This document shows, piece by piece, positions 38,250 through 51,189 of a stretch of DNA of 64,000 bases. Every line of letters starts with the position of its first letter. Position 1 is the stretch's first letter. Source of the stretch: Octopus sinensis (lineage: Eukaryota). The translations under genes and the position numbers were made by a program. The notes below the pieces were generated by a model. That model was not told where the DNA came from. It searched no databases and worked only from the letters and a program-made list of their open reading frames with translations. The stretch lies in contig NC_042999.1 in the NCBI RefSeq assembly GCF_006345805.1, positions 89,838,001 through 89,902,000 on the forward strand, read 5' to 3'.

Positions 38250-38480
38250 AGGCAAGTTGGCAGAAACGTTAGCACGCCGGGCGAAATGCGTAACCGTATT
38301 TCGTCTGCCGTTACGTTCTGAGTTCAAATTCCGCCGAGGTCGACTTTCCCTTTCATCCTTTCGGGGTCGATAAATTAAGTACCAGTTACGCACTGGGGTC
38401 GATATAATCGACTTAATCCGTTTGTCTGTCCTTGTTTGTCTTCTCCGTGTTTAGCCCATTTTAGGTAGTAAAGAAATAGG
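38250..38480 (+). mobile_element. tRNA-derived SINE (family 1)
   Basis: Full-length match to the 27520-27750 copy. Confidence 0.88.
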
Positions 38481-40236
38481 TATTTCTTCCGACTCTACTT
38501 TCAAAGTTCAAATCCCACTGACGTCGACTTTCTCTTTCGTCCTTTCAGAGTCGATAAAATATATACCAGTTAAGCACTAGGCTCAATGTCATCGACTCAT
38601 CCCTCTGTCCACCAAAAAATTTCAGATTTGTACCAATCATAGAAAGAATTATCCGTGAAATAAAAAAAAATTAGTGAGGTGACAGAATCGCAGGCACGCC
38701 GAACAGAATGTTTAGCGGTATTTCTTCCGGCACTTTACGTTTTGAGTACTCCGGGATCAACTTGCTCTTCAAACTTTCGAGATCAAGAAAATAAAATACC
38801 AGACAAGTAAGTACTGGAAACGATAAAATCGACTTGCCTCTTCCCTTCCAAACCGCTGGCCTTGTGCCAAAATTAGAAGGAATTATTGACACTATGATGT
38901 CACCGAAGTGTTACTCTTTACACCAGCCTCATTTTTCTTAATGACTTAATCAAAAAGCGAAGTGGCGTATCCATAACCTTTTTCAGGGCCTTTAAGCTTT
39001 GTAGGAGAAAGGGAGTAGGTTATCCCCAAACAAGAGATTTGACGGAACAAACTGAACTCCGGTAAAAGCACCTAATGACAAGATGGTGGTGATAAATCGG
39101 GTGATGGATTAAGTTAGGTGTCGCAGAGAAAGAGCAGGTGTGTCTTTTATGCCATGCTGTGAACAAGAAAATTGCCGCAGCCGCATGGCTGAAACAAGTA
39201 AAAGAATAAAAGAACACGGGGGGTATCAACTATGTCAATCGATCATGAAATGAAATATTTCTGTTTTGAAAATTTTAAGTCTTCAACTTTTACTCCCGGT
39301 TTGATGTATGCTTTAATTCTATCGCACTAAAATAATGTCGTTGATTACATAGAAAAGATCAACTGCAATACGTTTCAGTTTTATTTTTCAAAGTATTATC
39401 TACTTTAACTTAAGACGGAGAATTGGCATAGTGCTAAGGTCGTTAGATAGAGCATCTCGCTTTCCGAGTTCAAATCTCGCCGAGTTGAAATTAGCCTTCC
39501 GGGATTTATAAAAATAGTATCAATCCAAGGCAGGTGGATTGGCGAAAGTGATGGCGGGTCGGTCAAGATATCTTCCTGTATCTCTTCCGGGTTTTTACGT
39601 TCTTACAGCAAGGCTTATAACGTGGCTGGTGCTAAGCTGCATAAGCGTTTCTCTTTGACAACATCGGAGAAGTGAAGAGGGGAGATTCGCATACAAGGGT
39701 AACTGCCAGTCTTCTTTGAAAAACCTAAAATATATTGCAGTTGATCTTCCTGTGTGATTACATTATCTTAAGGCAATAGAATTAAAGCACACCTTAAACC
39801 AAGAGTGAAAGTTGAAGACTAAGTGATACACATGTAAATGTAATTTACAAATTTCTGTGAAAAGTATTTCATTTAATGATCAATTGACACAGTCGATACC
39901 CAACATATGCAATTTCTTGTTCACAGCATGGCATAAAAGACACTCTGTTCTTATTATGCGAGGCCTAACTGTGCATATCTAGCCAACTTTAACTGAAAGC
40001 AGCCCTCGAAGATTTTTAAATAATAACATTGACTTTTAAAACTGCATGCGGTTTTATGTGTTAATTCATATAAGGATATGTTGTGTTTTGTTATCGGTTT
40101 ATTTTTGTTACAGAGAAAGCAACAGAGACCAGACACTAAGACAAAGAAAACAAAATAGACAAGTGAATATGGTATTTAGATTCGATTTCGTTCGTACGTT
40201 CAAATTGGTAGCAGATAGTTTGTTGCTTTTACCGAC

Positions 40237-40293
40237 CTCAGTACAGCCAGCGATCGAAAAGAAAACCTTCAAATCTTTTTGAAAGTTATTCAT
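40237..40293 (-). CDS. Weak candidate first exon of the astacin gene (MNNFQKDLKVFFSIAGCTE)
   Basis: ATG-initiated, 19 codons, ends in phase 0 at GAG|gtcggt, which fits the phase-0 start of exon 38060-38111. The hydrophobic core is short and the donor is weak. Confidence 0.3.
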
Positions 40294-40959
40294 GATTGAT
40301 TAGCTTCCTATATGGTGGAAATTTCTCTTGCATCCGTTTTAAGGATTGCTGACCTTCATAACAGAATTGGTATATATACATCTCATTGGATATTTTAGAA
40401 AGCATACAAGTTCTATTTAAATATTCTCAGACTTCAACTTTCAACTTCTATATATATAAAACATATCTCTTCGGTGTCTGTAATGAGAATATGAAAAGTG
40501 TGTTACTCAACCCACGTTGAGTAACACCACTCGCCACCTCTGAGTCCTGAGTCCGCTTTAATCTTTGATCTAGTCTTTCGTTTACCGTTTTCCCCATTGC
40601 TGAGTGACAACACTCTCTCCTCCATGTACACATAACCTTTTTCACCGGGGGAGGGTTCTTGTACATTTTGAGGTGTCTGTTCTTTCTTCTTTTTTCCCTG
40701 TGGGGAGAAGGGGTGGGTGGGTTTGGTGTCTGTATGGGGAGGGTGGGTCTGAATGGTCTTGGGTGGGATGGAGTTGGTCTGGGGTCCCAAATCACACTGA
40801 CTGTTCTTCCTCTTCTTTCTCTTTTTTCTTTTATTCTCTGTCACTGTCCATTCATCCTCCTTTTTCCTTCCATCTATCTGTACTTCTTCCTTTTTCTCCT
40901 CTGTCTCCACCACAGCTTCTTCTGTTGTTTTCCTCTGCAGAGGGCAGTGCGCTCTAATG

Positions 40960-43900
40960 CGAACAGGAATTAGCAGAGTGATCGATAAATCCCCACAAAA
41001 GAAACAGCTGCCGGATGAAGGCAAATCTACTTTGTGGAGGGAAAGACTGTTACAGAGGAAGAAAGAAGCTTACTACTACAGATGAATGAGGCAGGAAACA
41101 TCGAAAGGAAGATGCTACCAACTTTGAGAAGAATTGGGAGAGGAAAACTATAAAAAGTAGTGAAAAAGATTAACGAACAGCTAACAAAAATCTACACCAA
41201 TCCAAACAATTTTATATACTGCGCAGCCTCTGTCACTGTGTAAACTCATGGGATTAAAAAAAAACAAAGAAAAACAAAAGACAAAGCCCCACGGAACGAA
41301 GACTTGAGAACCAAATTGAACAGCTCAAGAGAGACCTTGGACGGATACATATAATCATACAAAAGAAGAGGGTGAGGGAAACATAGAGGAATGAACTACA
41401 AAGGAGGTATAGCAGGGCACAAAGGACTACAAATGTTAAAGAAAAATTAATGCAAATAATCAAAGCAGTGTCTAGTAAGAAAAAAAATCGAAACCAACAG
41501 AGAACAAATCTGTCCTAACAGAATAAGTTATTCAAGAACAACAAAAGAGAATTCTATGAACAACTGAATAATAAAGAGGAGCAAGGAGGAAATATGTCAG
41601 ATGAAGTAGAAAGAAAATCTAGACAGAAACCTATAGCAAAGAAATTTAACATGATATAAAAGGAGACTGGTTGCGGGAATCTAAAAGGGAAATGGAAGCT
41701 AGAAAGACACAAGAAATATAACAATCACGGATAAGGAAGTGAAAGAGAAGATCAAAAAATGCCAAACTGGAAAGCACTCGAATCAGATGGTGTCCAGGGT
41801 TTCTGACTCAAGAACGTTCCAACTATACATGGGTGTGTACGATCATCTTTTACTGACTGCCTAGGAAATGGAACACCAACATAGATAACAAAAAGAAGGA
41901 CAGTACTGATAAAGAACGACAAAAAAAAAAAGAGAGAAGCCAGCAATTATAGACCTTTCATTTGCTGAAAACTATCAACTGGCTTCATAGCAATTGAAGA
42001 ATATAATTTTCTAGAAAAGGATAATTTATTGCCCGAAGAGCAAAAATGATGCTGGAAGAAGTAAAGGGAAACTGCTGATCTGCTTCATATAAGTAGTAGT
42101 ATATTAAATGAGGTATGAGTATAAAAGAAGAAATTAGCTATTAGATGGATCGATTAAGGGAAGGCTTACGACGATGTCCTACACAACTGGCTCTTGAACT
42201 GACCGAGAACGCTCGGAGACAATGAGAAGAGAAACAATTGTTTGGAAAAGGTAATGAGAAGGTGAGAAGTGGGATTGACATGCGCAAATGAATCGCTATG
42301 TGACATGGAAGTACTCGACAGCATTTTCCAGGGAGACTCGCCCTTTCCGTTACCCTTCGTCATTGCGCTAATAGCCCCTACAAGTATACTGAAAACATCC
42401 ATGCCTGCCTATGAGTTTACTAAATCCGAGATGAGAATAAATCATCTACTTCATATGGATAATCTCAACTTATTTACAAAAATGAAACAGGCCTGTATTC
42501 TTTGATCCAAACAGTGACAGTATTCAGTAAGGATACAGGAATGCAGTTTGATGTGGATAACTGTGCAGTAATAATTATGAAGAGAGGCCGGACGACAAAG
42601 TCTAGTGGCATCAAGTTACCACAAGACGTCATCTGATTGCTGTGGGCTAATGAGGGATACAATTACCTAGGAATGCTGCAATGCGAGAAGGGAGGAGAAA
42701 TGAGAGAGAGAGAGAGTCATTAAAATTACAAGAGAAAATTAAATGGAGAGATCATCATTAAAGCCATAAAAACATGACCTATGCCAGTATTGAGAAACTT
42801 TGGTTCCTTTCTGAAATGCACAAAAGTCATGTTATATAACGTGGGTAGAACAACTAGAAAGCTACTTACGGGGCACAACACACTCCACCCTATCTCCAGC
42901 TGACTCTCTCTGTCAAGAAAGGGAATGTGGCAGAGGATTACTAAATGCAGAAAATATTGTTAATACTACGATACAGGGTCTGAAAATTATGATACGCAGA
43001 GTAAACAAAGAATATTTTCGGCAACAACAGATACCCAAAATGTTATTGAAATAGTGGAAGGATTAAAAGAGAGAAAAGAAAGAACACCAGAAAAAAACAA
43101 ATGCAAACAAAGGGTACTGCATGGTCAATTCATGCAACAAACCGAAAAAGTTCGAAGTAAACGCCACTGGCTCTGGTCGAGAGACAGAAAGCTGAAATGA
43201 AAGACACAAACACTAATTATAGCTGCTCAGTGACAAGCCCTTAGAACAAATTTGATAAAGGCAAATATCGACAAAACTAAGTCAGGCAGCAAAAGTTGAA
43301 TGTGTAGGAAAGGATACGAAAGTTTCAATCACGTTTTGAGTGAGTGCAATATACTAGCACAAAAGGAGCACAAAAGCAGATTTGACTGAGTTGGAAAAAG
43401 AATGCATTGGGATGTTAACCTAGTGTGTGTCTTCAAAACAACAGAAATGTGGTATGAACCACGGCGGCGAGCTGGCAGAAACGTTAGCACGCCGGGCGAA
43501 ATGTTTAGCGGTATTTCGTCTGCCGTTACGTTCTGAGTTCAAATTCCGCCGAGGTCGACTTTGCCTTTCATCCTTTCGGGGTCGATAAATTAAGTACCAG
43601 TTACGCACTGAGGTCGATGTAATCGACTTAATCCGTTTGTCTGTCCTTGTTTGTCCCCTCTATGTTTGGCCCCTTGTGGGCAATAAAGAAATAAGAAACG
43701 TGGTATGAACACGAACCAGAGGCTGTGATAGAAAATGAGAATTACAATCTTGTGGGACGTCTCTACAGAGACTAATCATATTATTGAAACAAGACCAGAT
43801 TTGCTTATAGAGGACAAAATAAACAGTGTAGGATCACAGATGTTGCAATTCCCTCTGACAGCAGATCGATATCAAAGAAATGAAAAAAATTTAGGGATAT

Positions 43901-44160
43901 CAGAATCTAACCAGAGAGCTGGCAAAATTGTGGAAGACCAAGACAATTGTTGCTGTAGTAGTAAGTTGTGCACTTTGCATAACACCCAAAAAGTTACCTA
44001 AAAGACTGAAAGAAATTGGAATTGAAACTTGTATTGTCAACCTACAGAATATTACCATCCTATATTCTGCATGAATCCAAATAAAGAATTTTGAGAGTTG
44101 AGGTGAGTTGTTGCCACCAAATATCAAGATAAAATTTTGCTGACTAAATAATAATGCGCT
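40960..44160 (+). mobile_element. Degenerate RLE-type (R4/Dong-like) non-LTR retrotransposon
   Basis: RT remnants (GKAYDDVLHNW, IFQGDSPFPLPF, HLLHMDNL), a zinc-knuckle remnant (CRKGYESFNHVLSEC) and the RLE motif TRPDLL. Ends at (TAA)n. Confidence 0.85.
43463..43693 (+). mobile_element. SINE (family 1) nested in the LINE with a TSD of about 19 bp
   Basis: agaaa(t/c)gtggtatgaac(c)ac flanks both sides (about 43443-43462 and 43694-43712). Confidence 0.9.
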
Positions 44161-44161
44161 C

Positions 44162-44209
<48 letters not shown>

Positions 44210-44221
44210 CAACAACAACAA

Positions 44222-44860
44222 TCGACCAGACAAAATGATTAAAGTCAAGGAAGAAAATACTTGTAAGCGTTCCCACTGATAAAAATATATCTGTAAAGGA
44301 ATTTTACAAAATAAGTAAATATAAGGACCTGGAAAACTGAAAGACAAAACATTTGGCACCTTAAAGCGAAATCTGTTCTTGTTATTGTAGGTGCCCTAGG
44401 TATGATAAAAAAGGGATGTCAGAAACATCTAGATAACATCCCAGAAGAACCATGTCTCAGAGAAATCCAAAAGATTTTGCTGACAAGTACTGCCCACATT
44501 CTTAGAAAAACCCAATCAATTTAAATGTCTGTTTTGTAGTGCAAGAAGATAGTGCCAATTATTGTAGGGTCATTGAGAACAGTATCAGAAAGCATCAAGA
44601 GAATATAAAGGAAATTGGTATAGAGTGCCCAGTAGAACTGTTACAAAAGGTTTGCCTCTTTATCACGGCCATAATAATCAGGAAAGTATTAGATAGCTGA
44701 AAAGAGCGAATAGCGTGATACTGTAGGCTGGAGATAGTAAGCCCCTACGCATGCAAGACTCTAGGAGCTCCAACAACACCTATGATAAAGGGATAATAAT
44801 GATAATAATAATACTAGTACTACTACTACTACTAATAATAATAATAATAATAATAAATTA
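44222..44860 (+). mobile_element. Two further RLE-LINE 3' fragments in tandem, ending in a (TAA)/(TAC) tract
   Basis: RPDK...KYKDLE...IVGALG...IQKILLTSTAHILRK, then IVPIIVGSL...LLQKVCLFITAIIIRKVLDS*. Confidence 0.7.
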
Positions 44861-45332
44861 TAATGATAAATAGTCGCTAAAATATAAATTCTTACTGTAC
44901 AAACAGCTTACATTTTTGAATCACATTCAGTTAAAAATATTTCTAAATGATTAAAATATTGTGTACGTCAAAAGTCGACGTTTTATTTAGAGAGCGTGAA
45001 GATAATATGTTACAGATAGTGAGCATGTGCTCGTGTTGATTGACACGCCATAACATTTATTATATGTGTGTGCATTCTGTGTGTGTGCTTGTGTGTTGAT
45101 TTCACGGAAGTTATGTTATTTTTTCAAGAAATAACAAACAAAAATTGTGCTTAATCGTTTTCATTAATAAATAGAGGTTCAAATATCACAAAATTTGTAC
45201 TGCCCTACCGAAGGCAAGTATGAAAATAAATATGCAAAAAAAAACTAAGATAAAGTATACTCTTTCTGAGATATTTGGGTTACACACAGACATCTCTAGA
45301 GTTTTAGTATTATTAAGATTATTCATATATAT

Positions 45333-45385
<53 letters not shown>

Positions 45386-45387
<2 letters not shown>

Positions 45388-45781
45388 TAGCAGTATCGCC
45401 CGGCGTTGCTCGGGTTTGTAAGGAAATAACTATATAAGCATTTTTAGAGAGTTATAGCCAAAAAATAGGAAAAAAATGCATTAAAATGGAAAAAAAATTA
45501 AGGTAAATTTCTTTTTAAATCGTTGACACATCGTAGATATTTTTAGAGAGTTACTTCCCTATATAATAGCGAAAAAAATGCATTAAAATGGAAAAAATAT
45601 GATGGTAAATTTTTTAAATCGTAGACTCATCGTAGACGCGCGCTAATACCAGAAGGGCTCGATATGACTCACGACTATAAGATACCCGGTTTTGGTTACA
45701 CTGCACCGCAAAATGTGGAGTAGTTAGGAATCTAAATCGTAGGAGACAGACACACAAAACTTCACTCTTATATATAAAGAT
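45386..45781 (+). mobile_element. Helitron/Helentron-like non-autonomous element (family A) beside (TA)n
   Basis: actagcagtatcgcccggcgttgctcggg ... actcttatatataaagat. Further copies at 47323-47716 and 48897-49535. Confidence 0.7.
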
Positions 45782-45892
45782 ATAAGCCACGTAGTTATAT
45801 ACACATACTTTGTTATATACGCATTCTTAAAAGAAAATGTTATTTTGAATACAACATTTATAAAGAATAAAATATTTTTTGGTTTTTCTTAA

Positions 45893-46990
45893 CCTTTCGT
45901 TACTATATTTCTGACCGAAATACACCCCTTATGTGTTTCAATTAATTTCTAACGTAATCATAAATTTAGTCTGGTTTCATTAAACAACTATAACTTTTTT
46001 ATTATCAATATATTAATGTGATTTTTGGAAGATAATTTAATGAAATGTCCTCAACCAATTCTATACTATAATTTTTGTCACAAAGTGACTCTAATTGCAG
46101 GTAGATACAGGTAAATTCAACATATATAAAATTATTAAAATTTTGTTCAAACATCGCTATAGAAAATGGGTTATTAGCTAATATTCAATTGGGTATACAA
46201 CAAAATTTTATGATAGAATTTGTTATTCTGGGTAACTTTCTGTAAAATTATTAAAATTTTGTTCAAACATCGCTATAGAAAATGGGTTATTAGCTATATT
46301 CAATTGGGTATACAACAAAATTTTACAATAGAATTTGTTATTCTGGGTAACTTTCTGTAAAATTATTAAAATTTTGTTCAAACATCGCTATAGAAAATGG
46401 GTTATTAGCTCATATTCAATTGGGTATACAACAAAATTTTACGATAGAATTTGTTATTCTAGGTAACTTTCTGTAAAATTATAAAAATTTTGTTCAAACA
46501 TCGCTATAGAAAATGGGTTATTAGCTAATATTCAATTGGGTATACAACAAAATTTTACGATAGAATTTGTTATTCTGGGTAACTTTCTGTAAAATTATTA
46601 AAATTTTGTTCAAACATCGCTATAGAAAATGGGTTATTAGCTAATATTCAATTGGGTATACAACAAAATTTTACGATAGAATTTGTTTTCTGGGTAACTT
46701 TCTGATACCCATAATAATATTTATGGCAAAATAGGCCTTAATTTCATTTAAGGTTGTGGGAAATAACAAACTATCCTTTCTTTCGTTTTGTTTACGTTTA
46801 GCGTAACGTTTCGTTTCTGCCGTAATGATTTCAAATGGGCTCATTCGAAAAAGTAAATAGAAATAGTCTAAGGCTTTACTCTTCTGGGAAAGTCTGTGGC
46901 TTGGTGCAGTTTCTTCAGAAAAATCACCGAAAGAAACAGTTTTTAAATTTTCACTCCATTCAGGTACCAATTCGTTTTCTTTATCGCTGT
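45893..46990 (-). mobile_element. Internally deleted piggyBac-like element
   Basis: ttaa|cctttcgttac terminus. The ORF LDYFYLLF...ETKRYA...TTLNEIKAYFAINIIMGIRKLP matches the piggyBac transposase N-terminal region. Confidence 0.8.
46128..46704. repeat. Tandem repeat, 5 x 116 bp
   Basis: The anchor aaacatcgctatag recurs at spacings of 116, 115, 116 and 116 bp. Confidence 0.95.
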
Positions 46991-47069
46991 CGGATTCACT
47001 GTTTTCACTTTAATAGCTGCAAACTTGCAAAGACAAAGGAGGAGAAGGGTGATAGCGTCAGTGAAACAA

Positions 47070-47716
47070 TTCGCTCCCTTTGTGTGTGTGTGCGTTTGCG
47101 TGTGATGTAAACCACATTAAGAAAAACATTTGACATACACACCAGAATGTGAGTTTTCTGTAAATTTTGCTTAATTGGAGTTAAATTTTAAAAACTGGAC
47201 CTGGCATGACCCGATGCATTCTACTCTAAAAATGCTAGGTAAATTGTAATTGAAGAAATCCTATATTGTAGATTTCTATAACTTACAAAGGGAGGCAGAT
47301 AAAATCTGCCTTTTATAATAAGACTAGCAGTATCGCCCGGCGTTGCTCGGGTTTGTAAGGGAAATAACTATATAAGCATTTTTAGAGAGTTATAGCCAAA
47401 AATAGCAAAAAAATGCATTAAAAATTGAAAAAAAATAAGGTAAATTTTTTTTAAATCGTTGACACATCGTAGATATTTTTAGAGAGTTACTTCCCTTATA
47501 TAAAAGCGAAAAAATGCATTAAAATGGAAAAATATGATGGTAAATTTTTTTTAAATCGTAGACTCATCGTAGACGCACGCTAATACCCAGAAGGGCTCGA
47601 TATGAATCACGACTATAAGATACCCGCTTTTGGTTAAACTGCACCGCAAAATGTGGGAGTAGTTAGGAATCTAAATCGTAGGAGACAGACACACAACTTC
47701 ACTCTTATATAAAGAT
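47070..47716 (+). mobile_element. Helitron-like family B 3' part joined directly to a family A copy
   Basis: Family B ends with the hairpin aggcagat-aaa-atctgcct (47293-47311), then ataataag-actagcag. B recurs at about 48590-48882 and 50430-50726. Confidence 0.7.
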
Positions 47717-48589
47717 GCTTTTTTTTTTTCAGTCATAGAGTTAGATTTATGAAGGTCTTCAGTAGAAAATCCTTCGAATTCTGACTAGCTGCTTGATATA
47801 ATGAAATTCGTATCCATTTTTTGTCAGAATTACAATTTTGAAAACACAATAGGAACAATTTCGGAAAAAAATCTCCCATAATTTGGGAATTAAAATTACA
47901 CTTCGATTTTTGTACAAAACTGTAGTTGAAGTGTTTACGAAGTATAATACGTGTTTTCACGAATGTACTAAAGAGATTTGCTCTGATATTCTCATTTAAA
48001 TATGAATAGGTAAATTCGGGCGGCTTGGTAACTATATATAAGTGTCGTCTGTTTATACATAAACACTGTTTCATACTGCAATTATATACATATATCTATA
48101 TATAATATTATATAATAAAATATATACAGAGTAAAATAAAAACCAATTTACCTTTTCTGTCCGCCCATGTGTCTTTGCAAATGTGTTGGAATGATAAGTG
48201 AGTTGAGTTTTGGCGCCTTTTTTACTAATAACAAACACATACGTGTTTGTATGTAGTTGTATGTGTATGTAGTTGTATGTAGTTGTATATGTATGTGTAT
48301 GCGTGTGTGTGAGGAATGACACACACACACTCACGCACGCACACATGTACATCAATGCTTTCGGAGTGATATGTTAAAATATTGAGTTTTCTCAAATTTT
48401 GTCTTAATTGGTGGTAAAATTGAAAGAAATTTTTTATGGCATCACCCACTGAAGTACTCTGAAAAATCTTAGGTAAATTCTAATTGAAGAAATTGTGTGA
48501 GGAGTAAATGATTATGTATTTATTTGTTTCTGTTTGCTGTGTTTTTTTATTTTTTGAGTAGTGGTTTAAATACTTTCAGTTTAGTGTTC

Positions 48590-49535
48590 CTCAAATCACT
48601 CTGTCGCTATTTACTTTCATTTTATTCGTTGCACACTGTGTGTGTGTGCGTTTGCGTGTGGTGTAAACCAGACTAAGAAAAGCATTTGACACACACACCA
48701 GAATGTGAGTTTTCTGTAAATTTTGCTTAATTGGAGTTTAAATTTTAAAAACTGGACCTGGCATGACGCGATGCATTCTACTCTTAAAAATGCTAGGTAA
48801 ATTGCAATTGAAGAAATCCTATATTGTAGATTTGTATAACTCCCAAAGGGAGGCAGATAAAATCTGCCTTTTATAATAAGATATATATATATATATACTA
48901 GCAGTATCGCCCGGCGTTGCTCGGGTTTGTAAGGGAAATAACTATATAAGCATTTTTAGAGAGTTATAGCCAAAAAATAGCAAAAAATGCATTAAAAATG
49001 GAAAAAATATGATGGTAATTTTTTTTTTAAATCGTTGACTCATCGTAGACATTTTTAGAGAGTTACTTCCCTTATATAATAGCGAAAAAATGCATTAAAA
49101 TGGAAAAAAAACGATGGTAAATTTTTTTTTAAATCGTAGACTCATGTAGACGCTTTCTTAGCCATTTCTGTTTTGGTGTCTTCAAGCCATGAAGTCGTTG
49201 TTCTAAAAGAACACTGGTCTCCTTGACAACGCATTACGACGTTGATTTCCTTACACTCCCTTCCCCACAGGTGCAGGTGTGAGCGTGGACGCCAACTCCG
49301 CCGCCATCGACACACGAAAAATTATGCATTAAAATGGAATAAAAAATGATGTTAAATTATTTTTAAAATCGTAGACTCATCGTAGACGCGCGCTAATATT
49401 CAGACGGGCTCGATATGAATCACGACTATAAGCTACCCGAATTTGGTTAAACTGTACCGCAAAATGTGGGAGTAGTTAGGAATCTAAATCGAAGGGGACA
49501 GACACTCACACAACTACAGTTTTATATATATAGAT
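48590..49535 (+). mobile_element. Second B-(TA)n-A Helitron-like composite
   Basis: Same order and sequences as 47070-47716, with a (TA)n spacer and about 160 bp extra inside A. Confidence 0.7.
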
Positions 49536-49574
49536 ATACATAGCGCAGTAGTGGTGAGATATGACAGCAAAGAA

Positions 49575-49935
49575 AAGCATACATTCACTCTCTGCATGCA
49601 ATTACACTCGGAAAGTTCGTGAGGAACCCATTGACCCAATTTGCTGACTTTTCCGATAGCACACAGGTGTCAATGAATGGTTGAATGACCAAATCCAAGC
49701 TTCTCTGCTAGTTCCTCAACAGTTACGATGATATTTTGTTCCACCAGGGTTTTCAGGATGTCCTTGTCGAGTTCTACAGATCTTTCAGGATGAGGCTCGT
49801 CTTCTAGGCTGTAGTTTATGGCTCGGGATTTCTGGAACCACCATTGACACTGCCTTACGCTTATTGTCCAATCCCCATATACTGCATTATATTTCTTGTA
49901 CTTTGCACACATTTATATTCTGTTATTCTTTTATA
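49575..49935 (-). mobile_element. Mariner transposase N-terminal fragment (different subfamily)
   Basis: HTH region TISVRQCQWWFQK...SLEDEPH...TVEELAEKLG, followed by KLGQWVPHELSE. Confidence 0.8.
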
Positions 49936-49969
49936 TGTTTCAGCCTTGAGGTTGTGGCCATGCTGGATC

Positions 49970-50300
49970 ATGTGTGTGTGTGTGTTGTGTGTGTGTGTGT
50001 GTGTGTGTGTCTATCTGTCTGTCTGTATGTATGTATATATGTATATGTATGTGTGTGAACAATAATATTTTCAACAGATGTGTTGCAAATGTATCTGATT
50101 GTTCTCAAGCTTCAATACTGTGTGTGTGTGTGTGTGTGTGTATGTGTGTGTGTGTGTATGTATGTATGTATATGTATGTATGTATGTATATATATGTATG
50201 TATGTATGTATGTGTGTATGTATGTATGTGTGTGTGTATGTATGTGTGTGTGTATGTGTATGTATGTATGTATGTATGTATGTATGTATGTATGTATGTA
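49970..50300. repeat. Compound (TG)n/(TATG)n microsatellite
   Basis: Direct reading. Confidence 0.95.
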
Positions 50301-50736
50301 TGAGTGTATGTTTACTTTATTACTAATTACTCTCTTCCAAGAACATTTTCACTCACTCTTAGCTCTTAGCTTCCCATACATTTTACTCATGTATCTATCA
50401 GCGTCATAGACAGAATACTTTCACTTTAGTCTTCCTCAAATCACTCTGTCGCTATTTACTTTCATTTTATTCGTTGCCCACTGTGTGTGTGCGTTTGCGT
50501 GTGGTGTAAACCAGACTAAGAAAAGCATTTGACACACACACCAGAAAGTGAGTTTTCTGTAAATTTTGCTTAATTGGAGTTTAAATTTTAAAAACTGGAC
50601 CTGGCATGACGCGATGCATTGTACTCTCAAAAATGCTAGGTAAATTGTAATTGAAGAAATGCTATATTGTAGATTTGTATAACTCCCAAAGGGAGGCAGA
50701 TAAAATCTGCCTTTTATAATAAGAGATATATGTGTG

Positions 50737-50768
<32 letters not shown>

Positions 50769-51189
50769 TGTATGTATGTATGTATGTATGTATTTATGTA
50801 TGTATGTATAAACTCTTTTGCTCGTTTCAACTATGTGGCTGCTGATTTCCTCAGTCTGAGGGTGTGTCACATCACTACTCCTGTATGTGCCTTTCCCCAG
50901 CTTTTGGCCCATTTGGTGTATAAGGGAATTTCATTCCGCTACCCTCATAGTATTCTGCACTTCATGTTGGGCTGTTGGTTCATTCAGTATTGTGGAGAGG
51001 AAGATGTCTAGCTTCTTTTTGAAGACATCTACTTGCACCTTCTGAAGATTTCTTAATCTTTGTGACAATAAGCCCTCAGCTATCGCGGGTGTTACGTTCC
51101 AAAAACCCCGCGATAGGTGAAAATCCGCGAAGTAGAAACAGTACTGTACTCTAATTTTTTTTATTTTATAATTTGTAGATTACTTAGAT

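Noticed and set aside
40448-41024. Overlapping 100-170 aa ORFs rich in Lys, Arg, Pro, Ser and Phe
   Set aside because: Low-complexity purine/pyrimidine-biased repeat sequence that is open in several frames on both strands.
46128-46704. Regularly spaced repeats that might suggest a CRISPR array
   Set aside because: The units are contiguous with no unique spacers, there are no cas genes, and the context is eukaryotic.
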